A DNA stretch of 64,000 nucleotides from a virus (lineage: Duplodnaviria; Caudoviricetes): positions 1 through 64,000 of the IMG/VR virus record IMGVR_UViG_3300022723_000184; one strand, given 5' to 3'. The position numbers and the translations under genes were made by a program. This document shows, piece by piece, positions 63,201 to 64,000 of this stretch. Position 1 is the first letter of the stretch; every line of letters begins with the position of its first letter. The notes beneath the pieces were generated by a model. The model searched no databases. It had not been told where the DNA came from and saw only the letters and a list, made by a program, of their open reading frames with translations.

Positions 63201-64000
63201 GTGCAGCGGTTGTGGTAACAAGGCCAGGACCCGCGACGAGTATTGCACCAGTGCCACCTGCAAGTACGGCGGGTGCCGCGACAACCTGACGAAGGTGGCG
63301 GCCGATGGTCACATCCTTCACGTCGACAACCCGAATCCCAACTGGTTCGACATTTCCAACGTCTACCGCCCGGCCGACCGGATCGCTTACGGCGGTGCCG
63401 CCGACTACCTGCAGAAGGCGGCGAGCGCCATCGACTTCATGGGCGGTGCCGAGCTGGCGCAGCACCTGGGCGTGACCGCCCCGCTCAACGTGATCCTCAA
63501 CCAGGACGAGCCGTACCACTGGAACACGGCGATCGACGGACAGATCAAGCTCGCCTACGGCCTGGCCATGCTGGAGAAGAAGGGCCACAACGTGCCCAGC
63601 GAAACCCTCCGGGCTTTCGCCGCTCCGGTCCAGCCCCAGATGAACCAGGAGATGTTCTTGCTCCTGGGAAGCCCGGGCACCGAGAAGTCGGCCACGGCCC
63701 TCGCCGCCTTGGCCGATCGGAAGGTGGTCCTGCCCCTCCGTGAGTTTGCTCGCTGGACCGGCAAGTCGGCTTCGGCCGATGCCGCTGAGGCCCTGCTCCC
63801 TGGCGTGTTCGGACGCCTGGTGGAGCGTGGCGATCTCGAAAGTCGCTTGACGGTCAACCGTTACGCGACTACCGAGAAGACGGCGTCGATCGCCCAGCGG
63901 ACCCTGGCCACCAACCTGGAGGGCGGTTACGGTCTGACCTCGACTGCGGTCAGGGACCGGGCCATGCGGTCCTCGATCCGGCAGGCTCCGGCCCCGGATT
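60274..64000 (+). CDS. HK97-type prohead (maturation) protease with 2 inteins, 3'-truncated by window
   Basis: Manual translation: frame 1 is open from ATG 60274 (AAGGA RBS) to the window end. Spliced core EAYG|SNRNGDGF...RNHRN...SYG...VSMA|CRVPYDECSGCG...FDISNVYRPAD matches the His, Ser and (E/D)xSxVxxPA motifs. Confidence 0.85.
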   Translation, partial: MSMVKIVDPRGWNWDRPVAQAIKVSSRGLIGNDRSDFLKTASHEFVDMIDNMKVAKDEQPVHLIALGASEAYGCFPAGTPVRMSDGTLKAIDQIAENEYVVDRLGRPAKVLKTWQKPWDGPGISLKVEGLLDNLVQTADHRFYVIKGSQVECLIDKAKHCKPDTCQQNKICSTRNCARASVSYDPGWVEAKDIVAGDYVLAAVPDRGVGEQTWGWSKPLARVIGYFLAEGSYEKSKSDGTRKALRFDFGFDDEPHIIPDFLDCASALLEDYDGLTIKGPYRSEDKHTITYALRHDALVSRVHAAVGEYSTGKRLYGSVFSQHPDIIAEMVGAYLDGDGTCPRYARRDLGTDEGRFACGTASRDLAIDLQWLLGRLGVPATVCAVSEDALAENASGFYHVGFSNTAGSFLQGRCSKYRREEPRQSKQRSFAWNGYIARPVREVNPVRLEEPVFNLEVEGDHTYTVGNGVVVHNSNRNGDGFKEATCKKYHHTFKKHARWYRNHRNKNPEKSYGYIKASAYNHPMRRVELLTMLNKTKEAAERNGGLVADKEMAKIAAGDDIPVSMACFPGDTLVRRWTGEHVPIAEICHGDRVRTHHGNEGEVTLTSRRLYAGDFARIYAYGLPDALSATENHRIWVRPALKGKTPRCPVCGKQFKSLGCHFREQKDAQHALAAANYGRYAEGWVEAGQVVAGDFVRVPIDQEVLEEGDATYAALLGLYLAEGNTWQYARYEKSPLDTYRGVDFSFHREEKELADKTIGLLHELGYRRTHVYLRKNNVRLVRVCSAELADRLEVDGGKGAWGKRISPGIMKWSPPTQKLILENWLEGDGTFSRQHQTVVGVSVSRELCRQMAEIGWRNGICVKLGRQKRGKGCDTCTIRRSEVSRLSLSKVPADFFPPSPVSVSCGHLKNQATAATTKPRISSKPMTFIENGFLYLRVRKVERFYDETYVYNMTVESDHSYTANDVGVSNCRVPYDECSGCGNKARTRDEYCTSATCKYGGCRDNLTKVAADGHILHVDNPNPNWFDISNVYRPADRIAYGGAADYLQKAASAIDFMGGAELAQHLGVTAPLNVILNQDEPYHWNTAIDGQIKLAYGLAMLEKKGHNVPSETLRAFAAPVQPQMNQEMFLLLGSPGTEKSATALAALADRKVVLPLREFARWTGKSASADAAEALLPGVFGRLVERGDLESRLTVNRYATTEKTASIAQRTLATNLEGGYGLTSTAVRDRAMRSSIRQAPAPD
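60493..61689 (+). mobile_element. Intein protease-1 (LAGLIDADG, 399 aa)
   Basis: CFPAGTPV...TADH; FLAEG and YLDGDG; ends VVHN before Ser. Confidence 0.9.
61969..63180 (+). mobile_element. Intein protease-2 (LAGLIDADG, 404 aa)
   Basis: CFPGDTLV...TENH; YLAEG and WLEGDG; ends DHSYTANDVGVSN before Cys. Confidence 0.9.

Noticed and set aside
1-64000. Diversity-generating retroelement, retron, integrase or IS element
   Set aside because: No reverse transcriptase, recombinase or transposase motifs and no template/variable repeat pair were seen.

Overview
A GC-rich, almost entirely plus-strand segment of a large (jumbo-type) tailed dsDNA phage, not a cellular chromosome. Region 1-5.2 kb and 27.5-64 kb holds presumptive virion/core genes. 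These include a two-barrel multi-subunit RNA polymerase (beta, then beta-C fused to beta'-N with the NADFDGD catalytic motif, then a separate beta'-C) carrying 9 LAGLIDADG inteins. An HK97-type prohead protease with 2 more inteins starts at 60274 and runs off the window, so it is missing from the ORF track. Many Gly/Ala-rich proteins are punctuated by K-x-A motifs at apparent domain boundaries. Region 5.7-27 kb is an accessory region of about 50 small genes, rich in glycosyltransferases, sulfotransferases and two PRTase-HAD fusions, plus a lipase, an RRM protein, a thermonuclease and a LuxR-type HTH. Around 27-28.4 kb lie a tRNA-like RNA with a 50-nt D-loop insertion, another structured RNA, a 2H phosphoesterase and csrA. 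Highlights: (i) the beta gene is broken inside the conserved GRxG(N/D)KG motif by GGC-TAG-GT, which a 5-nt matched-codon ribosomal hop would repair exactly; (ii) a probable K-x-A protease-processed polyprotein/cargo system that includes the RNAP; (iii) a four-copy hairpin-plus-promoter element. All calls come from motif reading by eye; no database search was run.
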